A stretch of DNA of 64,000 nucleotides from Bdellovibrionota bacterium (lineage in GTDB: Bacteria; Bdellovibrionota_C; UBA2361; OMII01). Positions 45,401 to 54,629 of this stretch are shown here, piece after piece. The number at the start of each line of letters is the position of its first letter. Within the stretch, counting starts at the first letter, position 1. The stretch is taken from the NCBI GenBank assembly GCA_044360195.1, contig JBIKKT010000005.1, forward strand, positions 5,744 to 69,743, given 5' to 3'. The notes beneath the pieces were generated by a model, which was given only the letters and a program-made list of their open reading frames with translations, was not told where the DNA came from and did not search any database. The position numbers were made by a program, and so were the translations under genes.

Positions 45401-46648
45401 CTACCCACAAAACTGCCACGCTGGTACGAGCGTTACTTTTGATCCATTTTCCAGCGTAATTGTCCCCGACTCCTGAGCTGTAACAATTGTTAGCTTTGCT
45501 TCGGGATGTTCTTTTTGCGCAATCTTAAGAGCATGTATTTCACGTTCTCTTGTTTCTATCGATATCAGATCAAGGCATACCTGTAATAGTTCGATAGTCT
45601 TATGCCCGTTTCGTAATAAAAAATCGACTTCCTTGCCGTCAGCGGAACGATAGAAGTATAGAGAATGCTGAGGAGTATGGCCACGACGGCGGAGTTCCAA
45701 ATAGATTGCATTTTCTAGCTGTTTGCCAAGAAGTGGAAATACTCCCTGAGCCTTCGCCGTGATCAGTCCTGTATCGATTGCGTATGGTTTACGCTCACTG
45801 CGTATTCGTTCTTTCGGCTTTGCACTAAAGGATGAAAGCTGTTCGATCAGGTATGCCTCACACAACATGCCAAAATACTTTTCAACTGTTACAGCACTTG
45901 GTGATCCATGAAGTGCTCTACTTACTGAGCGAGCGCTAAGACGTGCAGTAATGTTATCGATCAAGAGCGATGTGCAATTAGTAAGATAGCTTGGAGTTCT
46001 TATCTTTTTTCTTTTAATCAGATCCTTGAGTACAACTGCGTCAAAAAGTGCTGAGAGGTAGGAATTTTTATCAGAGGCAGATCCGATGACAACTTCGGGA
46101 AATCCGCCAAAGGTAAGATATGTTTGAAAGCTTTCCCAGGAAGACTCTGAGTTTGTTGCTTGGCAAAACTCAGCATACGAAAATGGAAGGAGCTCTATGG
46201 GAACATGTCTTCCGGTGAGTGCGGTTGCAAGCTCGGTGCTCAACAGATTTGCATTTGATCCAGTAACAAAAAGATTGAATCTTCTACGGTGTAGTTTGTT
46301 AATAAGATTTTCCCAATGAGGAAAATCCTGTACCTCATCGAGGTACCAATGTGTGGCATTTGGATACACGGTTTCGACAGCGGCGATCAGGCTCTCTCCA
46401 GAGAGCCTTTGAATATGCTCGTCTTCAAAATTAATGTAGGCAACCTGTCTTTCTTCAAGAACTTTCTGTATCAGTCTTGATTTTCCAGCACGACGTGGCC
46501 CCATAACCACTTTTATAAGTGGACTTTCTGCATGCCGTCGCAAATCAGACTCGCGCGCCCTTTCTACATAGGGGAGCTTTTTGAACCCTAAAAACTCACT
46601 TCTTTGCTTCAAAACCAGGTCTTCAGCTGTGTAACTTGTTGAGATCAT
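45401..46648 (-). CDS. AAA-family ATPase with a DUF4143 C-terminal domain
   Basis: Walker A GPRRAGKSRL. Walker B WYLDEVQ. DUF4143-like C-terminus. Confidence 0.75.
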   Translation of the reverse strand: MISTSYTAEDLVLKQRSEFLGFKKLPYVERARESDLRRHAESPLIKVVMGPRRAGKSRLIQKVLEERQVAYINFEDEHIQRLSGESLIAAVETVYPNATHWYLDEVQDFPHWENLINKLHRRRFNLFVTGSNANLLSTELATALTGRHVPIELLPFSYAEFCQATNSESSWESFQTYLTFGGFPEVVIGSASDKNSYLSALFDAVVLKDLIKRKKIRTPSYLTNCTSLLIDNITARLSARSVSRALHGSPSAVTVEKYFGMLCEAYLIEQLSSFSAKPKERIRSERKPYAIDTGLITAKAQGVFPLLGKQLENAIYLELRRRGHTPQHSLYFYRSADGKEVDFLLRNGHKTIELLQVCLDLISIETREREIHALKIAQKEHPEAKLTIVTAQESGTITLENGSKVTLVPAWQFCG

Positions 46649-46680
46649 TTAATTATAGCTTAGTGCAAAGTAGAAGGTGC

Positions 46681-46716
46681 TATACTTTGCAGTTTAGGCC
46701 AAAAGTGCAAAGTATA
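46681..46716. promoter_or_regulatory. perfect 11-bp inverted repeat TATACTTTGCA-N14-TGCAAAGTATA; a third TGCAAAGTA copy lies at 46663. Candidate operator just upstream of the DUF4143 ATPase gene
   Basis: Read directly from the sequence. Located 30-70 bp upstream of the minus-strand start codon at 46648. Confidence 0.4.
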
Positions 46717-46734
46717 CAAGTGTGAACTTTACAA

Positions 46735-46765
46735 GGGGGGATAGTTGGGGGCTCCGGGGAAAGGG
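46735..46765 (+). other. canonical G-quadruplex motif (GGGGGG-ATAGTT-GGGGG-CTCC-GGGG-AAA-GGG)
   Basis: Four G-runs of at least 3 with loops of 6, 4 and 3 nt. Further G-runs at 46878-46916 and 46938-46948. Confidence 0.5.
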
Positions 46766-47166
46766 AGTTAATTGCCAAGTACATTTTAGAGTTTTGGAGA
46801 TATCAAGGTTGCACCTCGAGTTTTTGGCATAAATTCGAGGTGACAAATCGGATTTATGCTGTGTGTGGGTGCATGTTGGGGGTTGTGATTGCGAGCGGTT
46901 GGGGAGGGGGAAGGGTTAAAAATAATTTGGTTTTTGTGAGGAGGGAGGTATTTTTGCGGCCCGCAAAGGCGTAGCGCTACATTTTATTGCTAAGTAATAT
47001 CAGTTGACCAGTTATTGCCGGCCTCGGCGTATGCGGGGTGCTGATTTATTATAGGCGAGAGAACTAAGGCGACGATAAAGAGAGGAGTTGATCGCGGAGA
47101 ACAACTCGTTATAGCGATTGTCCCCACCAAGGTCGTGAGTCAGGCACGCGGTCACTGAGACAAATC

Positions 47167-47724
47167 TTATTTAGAGGCACTCTCAAGAAGCACGAGCCAC
47201 CCGCTGCTGACATCTTTAGCGCCCGAATCATATTCGGCGCCATTGCTTCCGCTGGCTACGATGCGATCTGAGATCCCAGTCTTGCCCTTGATCACTCGAA
47301 TCTCAGCCTGACATGGCTCGGGCCGCGCGTTCCTCAACTGGCAGCGCGCATTATCGACTACCATCTTGAGTGTATCACTACCAACCCGCGCGTTCTGGTT
47401 GAGAAAAAGCGAAGCAATATTTTGATTACCAGTACCACGAAACGCGATCGAACCTTTTGGGCTTCTTAGAGAGATTACCTGCTTTGGTGTAGGACCACGG
47501 CTACCAAAATAATCCTTTAAGAGGCCCTGGCTGCCGTAGACGATCTGCATGACACGCTTGAAGCGCTTCTCTCCTTTAGCGCGATTGCGAATGGATGCAT
47601 TAAACGAAAGGTAATCGTTGTCAGATAAGGGTGCCGCAGTTGCTAGAGCCGGCATCCCCATCGTCAGCACAGAAGCGCATGCAGCGGTAAGAGTTATTTT
47701 AGCGAGCAGAGAAGATTTGTTCAT
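47167..47724 (-). CDS. hypothetical secreted protein
   Basis: Signal peptide LLAKITLTAACASVLTMGMPALATAAP. Confidence 0.5.
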   Translation of the reverse strand: MNKSSLLAKITLTAACASVLTMGMPALATAAPLSDNDYLSFNASIRNRAKGEKRFKRVMQIVYGSQGLLKDYFGSRGPTPKQVISLRSPKGSIAFRGTGNQNIASLFLNQNARVGSDTLKMVVDNARCQLRNARPEPCQAEIRVIKGKTGISDRIVASGSNGAEYDSGAKDVSSGWLVLLESASK

Positions 47725-48048
47725 ATAACTCCAAATGCTGTTAAAGTTTCACAGTAGTTTGCAATAGAAAGAGCCAACTAGTCAAGCCAAAGAGCCGCAG
47801 AATTAAAAAACACAATGAGACCATATGGTTAACACTCCCGTAGTCTTCTAATCTTAAGTGCGGAACAAATTACTTTAGCAGCTCGGCACAAATAGCCTCT
47901 GAGGCCGTGAGTAACTACTACACGGAAGAGCTCTTCTGCTTATTACCACTCAAGCAACAATCTTCGAATCCGGCGCGCGCTTGCTAATGAGAGAATCCCA
48001 GTAGGTCCATGGTTGGAAACGCGATCGATTTTCTAGCAGTGTGCGCTA

Positions 48049-49893
48049 CTACCCCTCCTCAACCAGCACACCATACTGCTTCTCCAACTGTTCAAGCTGC
48101 GCCTGTGCAGCTTCCCACTCAGCGAGTCTCGCTGCCAACTGCTTCTCTGACGTAGCGAGAGCCTGGCTGACACTGCGAATCCGCTCAGACTCTCCGCGCT
48201 CTGAGGCTTGCGCCAGCTCACGTTGCGCCTCAGTTACGCTCTGCTCGAGGGTTGCAACGGACTTCTCAAGCGTTGCAACTTTCTCCTTCGCTGGCGTGAT
48301 CACTCTTGAGCGCTCTTGAACGAGGGCCGCTCGCTCTTGCTTTGACCCTTTGGACTTATCGCCCCGCTTCTGCTTCTTACTCTTTGAAGGCGCAAAGGCA
48401 TCAAACTCCTCTTCCCACCCGACATCTTGCAGAAACTCGTCATAGCTCCCTTCGTATACGAAAGGTCTTTCGCCTTGGAATATAATGAGCCGCTTAGCGA
48501 GCCGCCGTAGCATCTCCTCACTATGGGTAACCATAAGAACAGCACCCTCAAACTCCTCAAGGGCTTCTGTGAGTGCCGACACAGACTCAATATCCAAGTG
48601 GTTTGTCGGCTCATCGAGTAGCAAAACATTACTCGGGGTAGCTACTATCTTACCAAGTAGCACGCGGCTCCGCTCTCCTCCTGACAGCACCGAGATCTTC
48701 TTAAGCGCATCATCTCCTTCAAACATCATACATCCGCAGATAGCGCGCACAGCCGTCCTACCGAGCGATGGATTAGCGCTTGCCACTTCCGATTCAATGC
48801 TTGAGGAGAGTTGTAGTCGGTTAGTATTTGTCTGGGCAAAGAAAGAGATCGCAGTGTTTGGGCTCGCTACTATCTCACCATTCTGGGGCTTATTCTCTCC
48901 GGCAATAAGCTTTAGCAACGTTGATTTTCCTCGACCGTTCTTACCGATAATTCCAATACGATCATCTTTTTTTATCGTGATAGAGAGGTCATCAACCAAC
49001 TTTTTCGTCATCCCCTCATATCCGAAAGAGAGCGATTTAACTTCAAGCGGAAAACGCCCGGGAAAGTTGGAGTACACGAATGAGAACTCCAGGTTCGCCT
49101 CGCTTGAAAGCTCTTCAAGCGTTCCCATCCGCGCCAGAGCCTTTACCCGTGACTGTACCAAAGTAGCCTTACTAGCCTGCGCTTTGAAGCGGTTTATGAA
49201 GCTCTCCATACGCTTAATCTCTTTCTCGCGATTAAGTCGTGTGCGCTCGTGCAACGCTTCATCCTCGGATATGCGCTCAAAGAGCTTGGCAGAATCACCC
49301 TCGATTTTCCTGACGCCACAGCGATACAGCAGTGCGCTGTGAGTGCTTACTTGATCGCAGAAATACCTATCGTGAGAGATTACGATCATCTCTCCTGGCC
49401 ACTCCTGCAGATACCGCTCAAGCCACCGCAGCGAAACGATATCAAGGTAGTTGGTGGGCTCATCGAGTAGCAGCAGATTCGGTTCAGAAAGAATGAGCTT
49501 GGCGAGATTTATCCGGATTTGGAAGCCTCCCGAGAGGGCTGTCGGAGCAAGCTCGTACTCTGCCTCTGAGAAACCAAGTCCTGTAAGAACGATCTCAGCC
49601 TTGTACTGCTCACAAATTGGATCACCCGTTAACGCCTGACACACCTCCTCAAGTACAGTTGGTTTTGAGAATGAAAGGTGCTGCTTCAGATACCCTATCT
49701 TGTAGCCGCGAGGGGTACTGATATCTCCCGAGTCGGCGCTTTCATCCCCGGCTATAATCTTAAGGAGCGTTGATTTACCAGAGCCGTTCCTCCCAAACAG
49801 CGCAACCCTTTCACCGGGCGCAACCGTAAAGGTGGCGCTATCAAAAAGAACTTGTTCCCCGTACTGTTTCTCTAAATTACTTATCTGCAACAT
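48049..49893 (-). CDS. ABC-F family ATPase (Uup/EttA-like, two ABC domains plus a C-terminal coiled coil)
   Basis: Two Walker A boxes (GRNGSGKST and GKNGRGKST). ABC signatures LSGGFQ and LSGGERSR. Charged coiled-coil tail. Confidence 0.85.
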   Translation of the reverse strand: MLQISNLEKQYGEQVLFDSATFTVAPGERVALFGRNGSGKSTLLKIIAGDESADSGDISTPRGYKIGYLKQHLSFSKPTVLEEVCQALTGDPICEQYKAEIVLTGLGFSEAEYELAPTALSGGFQIRINLAKLILSEPNLLLLDEPTNYLDIVSLRWLERYLQEWPGEMIVISHDRYFCDQVSTHSALLYRCGVRKIEGDSAKLFERISEDEALHERTRLNREKEIKRMESFINRFKAQASKATLVQSRVKALARMGTLEELSSEANLEFSFVYSNFPGRFPLEVKSLSFGYEGMTKKLVDDLSITIKKDDRIGIIGKNGRGKSTLLKLIAGENKPQNGEIVASPNTAISFFAQTNTNRLQLSSSIESEVASANPSLGRTAVRAICGCMMFEGDDALKKISVLSGGERSRVLLGKIVATPSNVLLLDEPTNHLDIESVSALTEALEEFEGAVLMVTHSEEMLRRLAKRLIIFQGERPFVYEGSYDEFLQDVGWEEEFDAFAPSKSKKQKRGDKSKGSKQERAALVQERSRVITPAKEKVATLEKSVATLEQSVTEAQRELAQASERGESERIRSVSQALATSEKQLAARLAEWEAAQAQLEQLEKQYGVLVEEG

Positions 49894-50089
49894 CTTTTAT
49901 TACCGCCACAACTTGAAGACCTGTGCGCGTGGTTTCTCCTCTAAGGATATAACCAGTAGCAATTAGTCGCTACAAGTAACCAAAGAAGGATAGTTTTCCA
50001 CACTATGACCCTCCTTGTTTACTATGAACCGAATTCAGAATACTAGAGTTGGGGTGTTTTCTGAAACCTGATGTTTTTGCAGTTGATCT

Positions 50090-51199
50090 ATGCCCTCTCT
50101 TAGCAATAAGCCTGAGCCACTTGCGGGATTTGAGAGGTGGCGCACCCCACGGTTTGTGAAATTTTGCTCGCTACTACCTGAACGTAGCCATGAGGGCAAA
50201 GCTGCCGGTGAAGCCCTTCTCGCTGCAACAGCGGAAACCCAGGAGGGGTTCGCACAGCGAACTCGGAACGTCGTACAATTGGGCCAGTTGCCGGGCTCTT
50301 ACGCCCTACCTGTTGCTGAACTAAGCGACATAATGGCTCCTCGTGCCTGCTTGGACCTTGGTTTCGAAGTTTTGAAATGGGCCAAGAATAAGGGGGACAA
50401 CTGGACATTCGCGCGTGCAATCTGTTACCTAAACAATGCTTGCGCTGTCGAGGACGGCAATGCCAACACAAAAATTACGGCGTATCAAACAGCTTTCCAA
50501 GCCGCTGCACAAGGTAACACGGAGAACATAGTAGTTTCGCTGGGAGCCCTGTTGCCGTATGCTGCTCACTTCCTTAGGCTGGTGAACGAGCGCAAGCGAT
50601 GGGACATTGCTGAACAATGGCTACCCTTAATCCAGGCTGCTCATTCCGCACATGGTAAAGAGGGATACGTATTTTTTGAGGTCGATCGAGAACTAATCGC
50701 GCGGATAACCGAAACACAAGCAGGCCTCAAGCTAGCTAAGGACAATCGGAAAGACCCTGACGTAGTCAAGAACGATATTAACGAGCTCCTTGCGGACGCT
50801 GCTGAAGCTCGCCGAGAAAGAAAGTACCTAAATGCCGAGCAGATACTCGCCTCAGCGATGCAGTATCTAGACTGCAGCAACGACCCCGAACTCGGTGGCC
50901 TTGGCCTCTATGCGGACCCCTCGAAGCTGCCCCTACTCGCAAAAGTTGCCTTGGTACGAGTTGAGACGCTGCTTGAAGGGGCTACGTACCAGTTCCACTC
51001 TGACACCGAAGCGCAGGACAGAGACGTGGCAAGGAATCTTTGTCAGGGCCTCTCGCACCTTCTTTTCTCTAAAGCGCGACTTCCTGGCAAACTCCGCAGC
51101 GCCATCGCTAAACTCATCCGACGGCCGGATCTCCTAGACTGGCTTCGTGTACGTCCCAGCAGACCGGATCTTTCTTCTTGGGAGCCTCCGTCTGATTGA
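50090..51199 (+). CDS. hypothetical protein
   Basis: 369-aa ORF with an ATG start. No recognisable motif. Confidence 0.45.
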   Translation: MPSLSNKPEPLAGFERWRTPRFVKFCSLLPERSHEGKAAGEALLAATAETQEGFAQRTRNVVQLGQLPGSYALPVAELSDIMAPRACLDLGFEVLKWAKNKGDNWTFARAICYLNNACAVEDGNANTKITAYQTAFQAAAQGNTENIVVSLGALLPYAAHFLRLVNERKRWDIAEQWLPLIQAAHSAHGKEGYVFFEVDRELIARITETQAGLKLAKDNRKDPDVVKNDINELLADAAEARRERKYLNAEQILASAMQYLDCSNDPELGGLGLYADPSKLPLLAKVALVRVETLLEGATYQFHSDTEAQDRDVARNLCQGLSHLLFSKARLPGKLRSAIAKLIRRPDLLDWLRVRPSRPDLSSWEPPSD

Positions 51200-51211
51200 T
51201 AGCTAGGACCT

Positions 51212-51421
51212 TTGAAATACGAGGATTTGCTTCACCAGGTGACTCGGCCGCACATACATGTGATATCATCAAATGGCGAGGCGAAATTTTGGCTTGAACC
51301 CGTGGTCGCCTTGGCCGATTCAGGAGGACTAAAACCCCTTGAACTTCGACGAATTCAAAAGATTGTGGAGCGTCAACGTGAAAAGTTCCGGAAAGCTTGG
51401 AAAGATTTTTTTGGGGTGTGA
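51212..51421 (+). CDS. DUF4160-family small protein
   Basis: 69 aa. The HIHVISSNGEAKFWLEP...GLKPLELRRIQKIVE pattern matches DUF4160. Confidence 0.6.
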   Translation: MKYEDLLHQVTRPHIHVISSNGEAKFWLEPVVALADSGGLKPLELRRIQKIVERQREKFRKAWKDFFGV

Positions 51422-51695
51422 GGTAGCTACTATTTCACCTTTCGGTGTGTGGGTGCTCGTAAGTGGACACGAGTATTTCCTCGACCACAAAAAGTTCCCT
51501 TGGTTTAAAGGGGCGGCAGTAGAAGACGTCCTGAATGTGGAGAGCCCAAGGGCTGGGCATCTAAGGTGGCCCGCCCTCGATGTGGACTTGCATCTTGAGT
51601 CTATTAACTCGCCGGAGCAGTTTCCTCTAGTGGCTCGTACTAAGAGACAAAACAAAAAGGCAGTGCGTAAGAGTAAACGTCCCCGCACGCATTGA
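51411..51695 (+). CDS. DUF2442-family small protein (probable TTG start, overlapping the DUF4160 stop)
   Basis: VATISPFGVWVLVSGHEYFLDHKKFPWFKGAAVEDVLNVESPRAGHLRWPALDVDLHLESI matches the DUF2442 pattern. Basic C-terminal tail. Confidence 0.55.
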   Translation: MGCEVATISPFGVWVLVSGHEYFLDHKKFPWFKGAAVEDVLNVESPRAGHLRWPALDVDLHLESINSPEQFPLVARTKRQNKKAVRKSKRPRTH

Positions 51696-51762
51696 TGTTC
51701 TGCTTCGCCAAAGGCTCAATCGAGTCGGAGATACACCCGCCTATAAGCCTACGGCCTACTTT

Positions 51763-53346
51763 TTACCCCCCAGCAAGTGCGCGCACACTTAAAAGAGTAT
51801 CAGCCTCAGCAATTTTTTTATCCCGCCGCCACCGCTTAATGCGCGGAAACCTTACAGCGACCCCCGACTTGTGCCGCTTTGATGGTTGAATACTATCAAA
51901 GGCTAATTCAAAAACGAGCGACGGGCGCACTGCGCGCACAGGACCGAAAGACTCAACGACTGTGTCTTTGATTATTTTATCTACTTCTCGCAGCTCACTG
52001 TCAGTGAGACCCGAATAAGCCTTTGCAAAAGGCACAAGCTGGCCCTCACTCCACACCGCAAAGGTGAAATCAGTAAAGAGGTTGGCGCGACGACCGTGAC
52101 CCCGTTGAGCATAGATGAGCACGGCATCAACTGATAGCGGATCCACTTTCCACTTCCACCACTCTCCTTTCGTTCTCCCGACCCCGTATGGCGCCTGCAA
52201 GCGCTTCACCATTACCCCTTCTGCGTTGTGTTCTTTACCTTTTGATTTCCACTCCATGACCTCTTGCCATGAGTTACACAGCATAACAGGAGAGAGCCGT
52301 ACAAGGTCTGTTGCGGTTTGTATCTTTTTAACCATCGCTTCAAGTATCCGTCGACGCTCCTGATATGGCTGCGCTCGGATATCTTCCAAACGCTGCTCAA
52401 GTACATCGTAGGCAATAAAACGCACCGGCGAAGACTTAAGTGTTGCTGCTGATACTTTTTTTCGGTTGAGCCGCTTCTGCAATTCTCCAAACGATCCTGG
52501 TATCTCTCCTGACCACGCCACCACCTCACCATCAAGAACGGTCCCATCCTCTACGATTGAAGCGAGTTGCTGAAACTCGGGGAACTGCTCAGTTACGATC
52601 TCCTCACCGCGCGACCAGATTGCAAGGCGCCCTGCCCGCTTTACAAGGTGCGCGCGTATCCCGTCCCACTTCCACTCAACACCCCATTCAGCGACATCTC
52701 CACTTTGTAGTAAGGACTCTTCAAACGGATGAGCTAAAAAGAACGGATACGAGACAAGCGAATCAGCGCGGTTGACATCCTCAGAGAGAGCGCTACGCGT
52801 GATGTCACAAGGGCTCTTACTTCCCAGGAGTCGGTGCGCGATGACACCAGGTTCACTTCCAACGATCTCTGCGAGAGCTCGGGCAACCAAACCGTGAGAA
52901 ACCCCGATACGTAGCCCACCGGTAAGGAGTTTGTTGAAAACTATCGCCTCATCTTGCGATAGCCGCAGCCACGCTGCGGTGACTAGCTCCCGCTTCTGAG
53001 CAAGCTCTGCCGCTCGAACCTCTTCGCATACTGCTATCCAATCGACAAGTGATACGTTGCTGGGTGCGACATCCCGTGCCACCAAGAGCGCGCACGTTTC
53101 TGCTAGATCGCCTACGACGTTGTAACTCTCCTCCACCAACCAGAGCGGTACTCCACTACATTCTGCTGCCCACTCACGAAGCACCTTCCCTGAGATAGTA
53201 CGTCGAAGGGTCCCCCCGCGAAGTAAAAAGACTGCCCATCCGAATTCGTTCTCAGGCACCGCAGCGAGATATTTTACCAATAGCTCGACTTTGGCTTTTG
53301 TACTGCTAGTTGCCGCCAACGAGTGATACAGCGCTGCAAAGCTCAT
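51763..53346 (-). CDS. lig: ATP-dependent DNA ligase
   Basis: Adenylation motif I EWKWDGIRAH. N-terminal DNA-binding domain. OB-fold C-terminus. Overlaps the upstream exonuclease gene by 4 bp. Confidence 0.85.
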   Translation of the reverse strand: MSFAALYHSLAATSSTKAKVELLVKYLAAVPENEFGWAVFLLRGGTLRRTISGKVLREWAAECSGVPLWLVEESYNVVGDLAETCALLVARDVAPSNVSLVDWIAVCEEVRAAELAQKRELVTAAWLRLSQDEAIVFNKLLTGGLRIGVSHGLVARALAEIVGSEPGVIAHRLLGSKSPCDITRSALSEDVNRADSLVSYPFFLAHPFEESLLQSGDVAEWGVEWKWDGIRAHLVKRAGRLAIWSRGEEIVTEQFPEFQQLASIVEDGTVLDGEVVAWSGEIPGSFGELQKRLNRKKVSAATLKSSPVRFIAYDVLEQRLEDIRAQPYQERRRILEAMVKKIQTATDLVRLSPVMLCNSWQEVMEWKSKGKEHNAEGVMVKRLQAPYGVGRTKGEWWKWKVDPLSVDAVLIYAQRGHGRRANLFTDFTFAVWSEGQLVPFAKAYSGLTDSELREVDKIIKDTVVESFGPVRAVRPSLVFELAFDSIQPSKRHKSGVAVRFPRIKRWRRDKKIAEADTLLSVRALAGG

Positions 53347-54380
53347 GGCACGAGCGGCTCCTCAAGTTCAGGAGTTTCATCATCACCAAATGCGGTTGAA
53401 AGGGAGGTTGCCTGAGGACCTTGTGAGGAGATCCACTTGCTGAATTCCTCGGTATAGCCGTGCGTGAGGAGCACTCTCTCGGCACCCGTAGCCTTAATCG
53501 CCGCGGTAAGCCCCGCAAAATCAGCGTGGTCTGAAAGCACAAAACCTCGGTCTACTCCGCGGCGACGTTTGATGCCTTTTATCGCCATCCAGCCGGACGC
53601 GGTCGCTACTTCGTGCGGAGCAAATCGTTGCAACCACTTTGTTCCGAGCACCGCCGGTGGCACAATAATAAGCGCCCCTCTGTACCGCTTTCCCTCCTCA
53701 ATGCGCTCGTAACGATCCATGGGAAGTGAGAGGGTCTTTGTCATATTCCATACCGCGCCGTGAAGAGCGATCGGAGCAACTGCTGCGCTTAGGTTGCAAA
53801 TGATCCTTTGTGCTTTTCCGAGCGAGTACGCACTCAAGACCGAATTTATTCCACGCTCGCTATTTCCCCTCCACCACTCCTCTATCTCATTGAGCACCTC
53901 TTGTTGCGGTTGCCATTTAAAAATGGGTAGCCCAAAGGTGCACTCAGAGATAAAGGTGTTACACGGTACAGGCTCAAACGGGGTACTGACGTTGTCATGC
54001 TCAACCTTGTAGTCACCGCTAAACACCCAACGCTCTCCGCTATACTCAACCAGTATCTGTGCTGAACCAGGGACGTGTCCGGCCGGATAGAACGAGAACC
54101 GGACGCCATTGATGGTACGCACCTCGCCATAATCGACACCCTCCACTTGGTGCGCCGCAGTCCCCAGCCGCGCATGCAGCAGCGGAACTGATGTGTGGTG
54201 AGTGAGGTAGTGTTGACTGCCGGGTCGAGCGTGGTCAGCATGTGCATGGGTAATGAGTGCACGCTTAACCGGTTTCCACGGGTCTAGGTACACATCCGCC
54301 TGCGGGCAGTAGAGGCCCAAGGGGGATAACTCAAGGAGTGGCTTCCTTCCGCCTTCTAGAACCATGATGTGGACCACCAA
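53343..54380 (-). CDS. ligase-associated DNA damage response exonuclease (metallo-beta-lactamase fold)
   Basis: MBL His motif THAHADHAR. Translationally coupled to the ATP-dependent ligase gene. Confidence 0.75.
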   Translation of the reverse strand: MVVHIMVLEGGRKPLLELSPLGLYCPQADVYLDPWKPVKRALITHAHADHARPGSQHYLTHHTSVPLLHARLGTAAHQVEGVDYGEVRTINGVRFSFYPAGHVPGSAQILVEYSGERWVFSGDYKVEHDNVSTPFEPVPCNTFISECTFGLPIFKWQPQQEVLNEIEEWWRGNSERGINSVLSAYSLGKAQRIICNLSAAVAPIALHGAVWNMTKTLSLPMDRYERIEEGKRYRGALIIVPPAVLGTKWLQRFAPHEVATASGWMAIKGIKRRRGVDRGFVLSDHADFAGLTAAIKATGAERVLLTHGYTEEFSKWISSQGPQATSLSTAFGDDETPELEEPLVP

Positions 54381-54457
54381 ATCGACGGATATAGTATACA
54401 GGGCAATCTATAATATTGTATAAAATTCATGCCTCTCTCATTTAGTATCTTAGTTTA

Positions 54458-54622
54458 ATGAAAAAAGCACGGCCTACTTTGCGCGGTTTTAAAGAACACC
54501 TTCCAACGAAGATTTGCCCTGTGTGCGACCGCCCGTTTTCCTGGAGAAAGAAGTGGGAGAGGTGCTGGGAGGCTGTTGTGTACTGCAGCAACGGATGCAG
54601 AAAGCGCGGGCTACCGAGGTGA
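54458..54622 (+). CDS. DUF2256-family mini-protein (54 aa), absent from the ORF track
   Basis: Manual translation gives [54 protein letters not shown]. It carries the DUF2256 CPxC...F.WRKKW...YCS..CR signature. Ends 8 nt before the photolyase ATG. Confidence 0.7.
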   Translation: MKKARPTLRGFKEHLPTKICPVCDRPFSWRKKWERCWEAVVYCSNGCRKRGLPR

Positions 54623-54629
54623 TAGAGAA

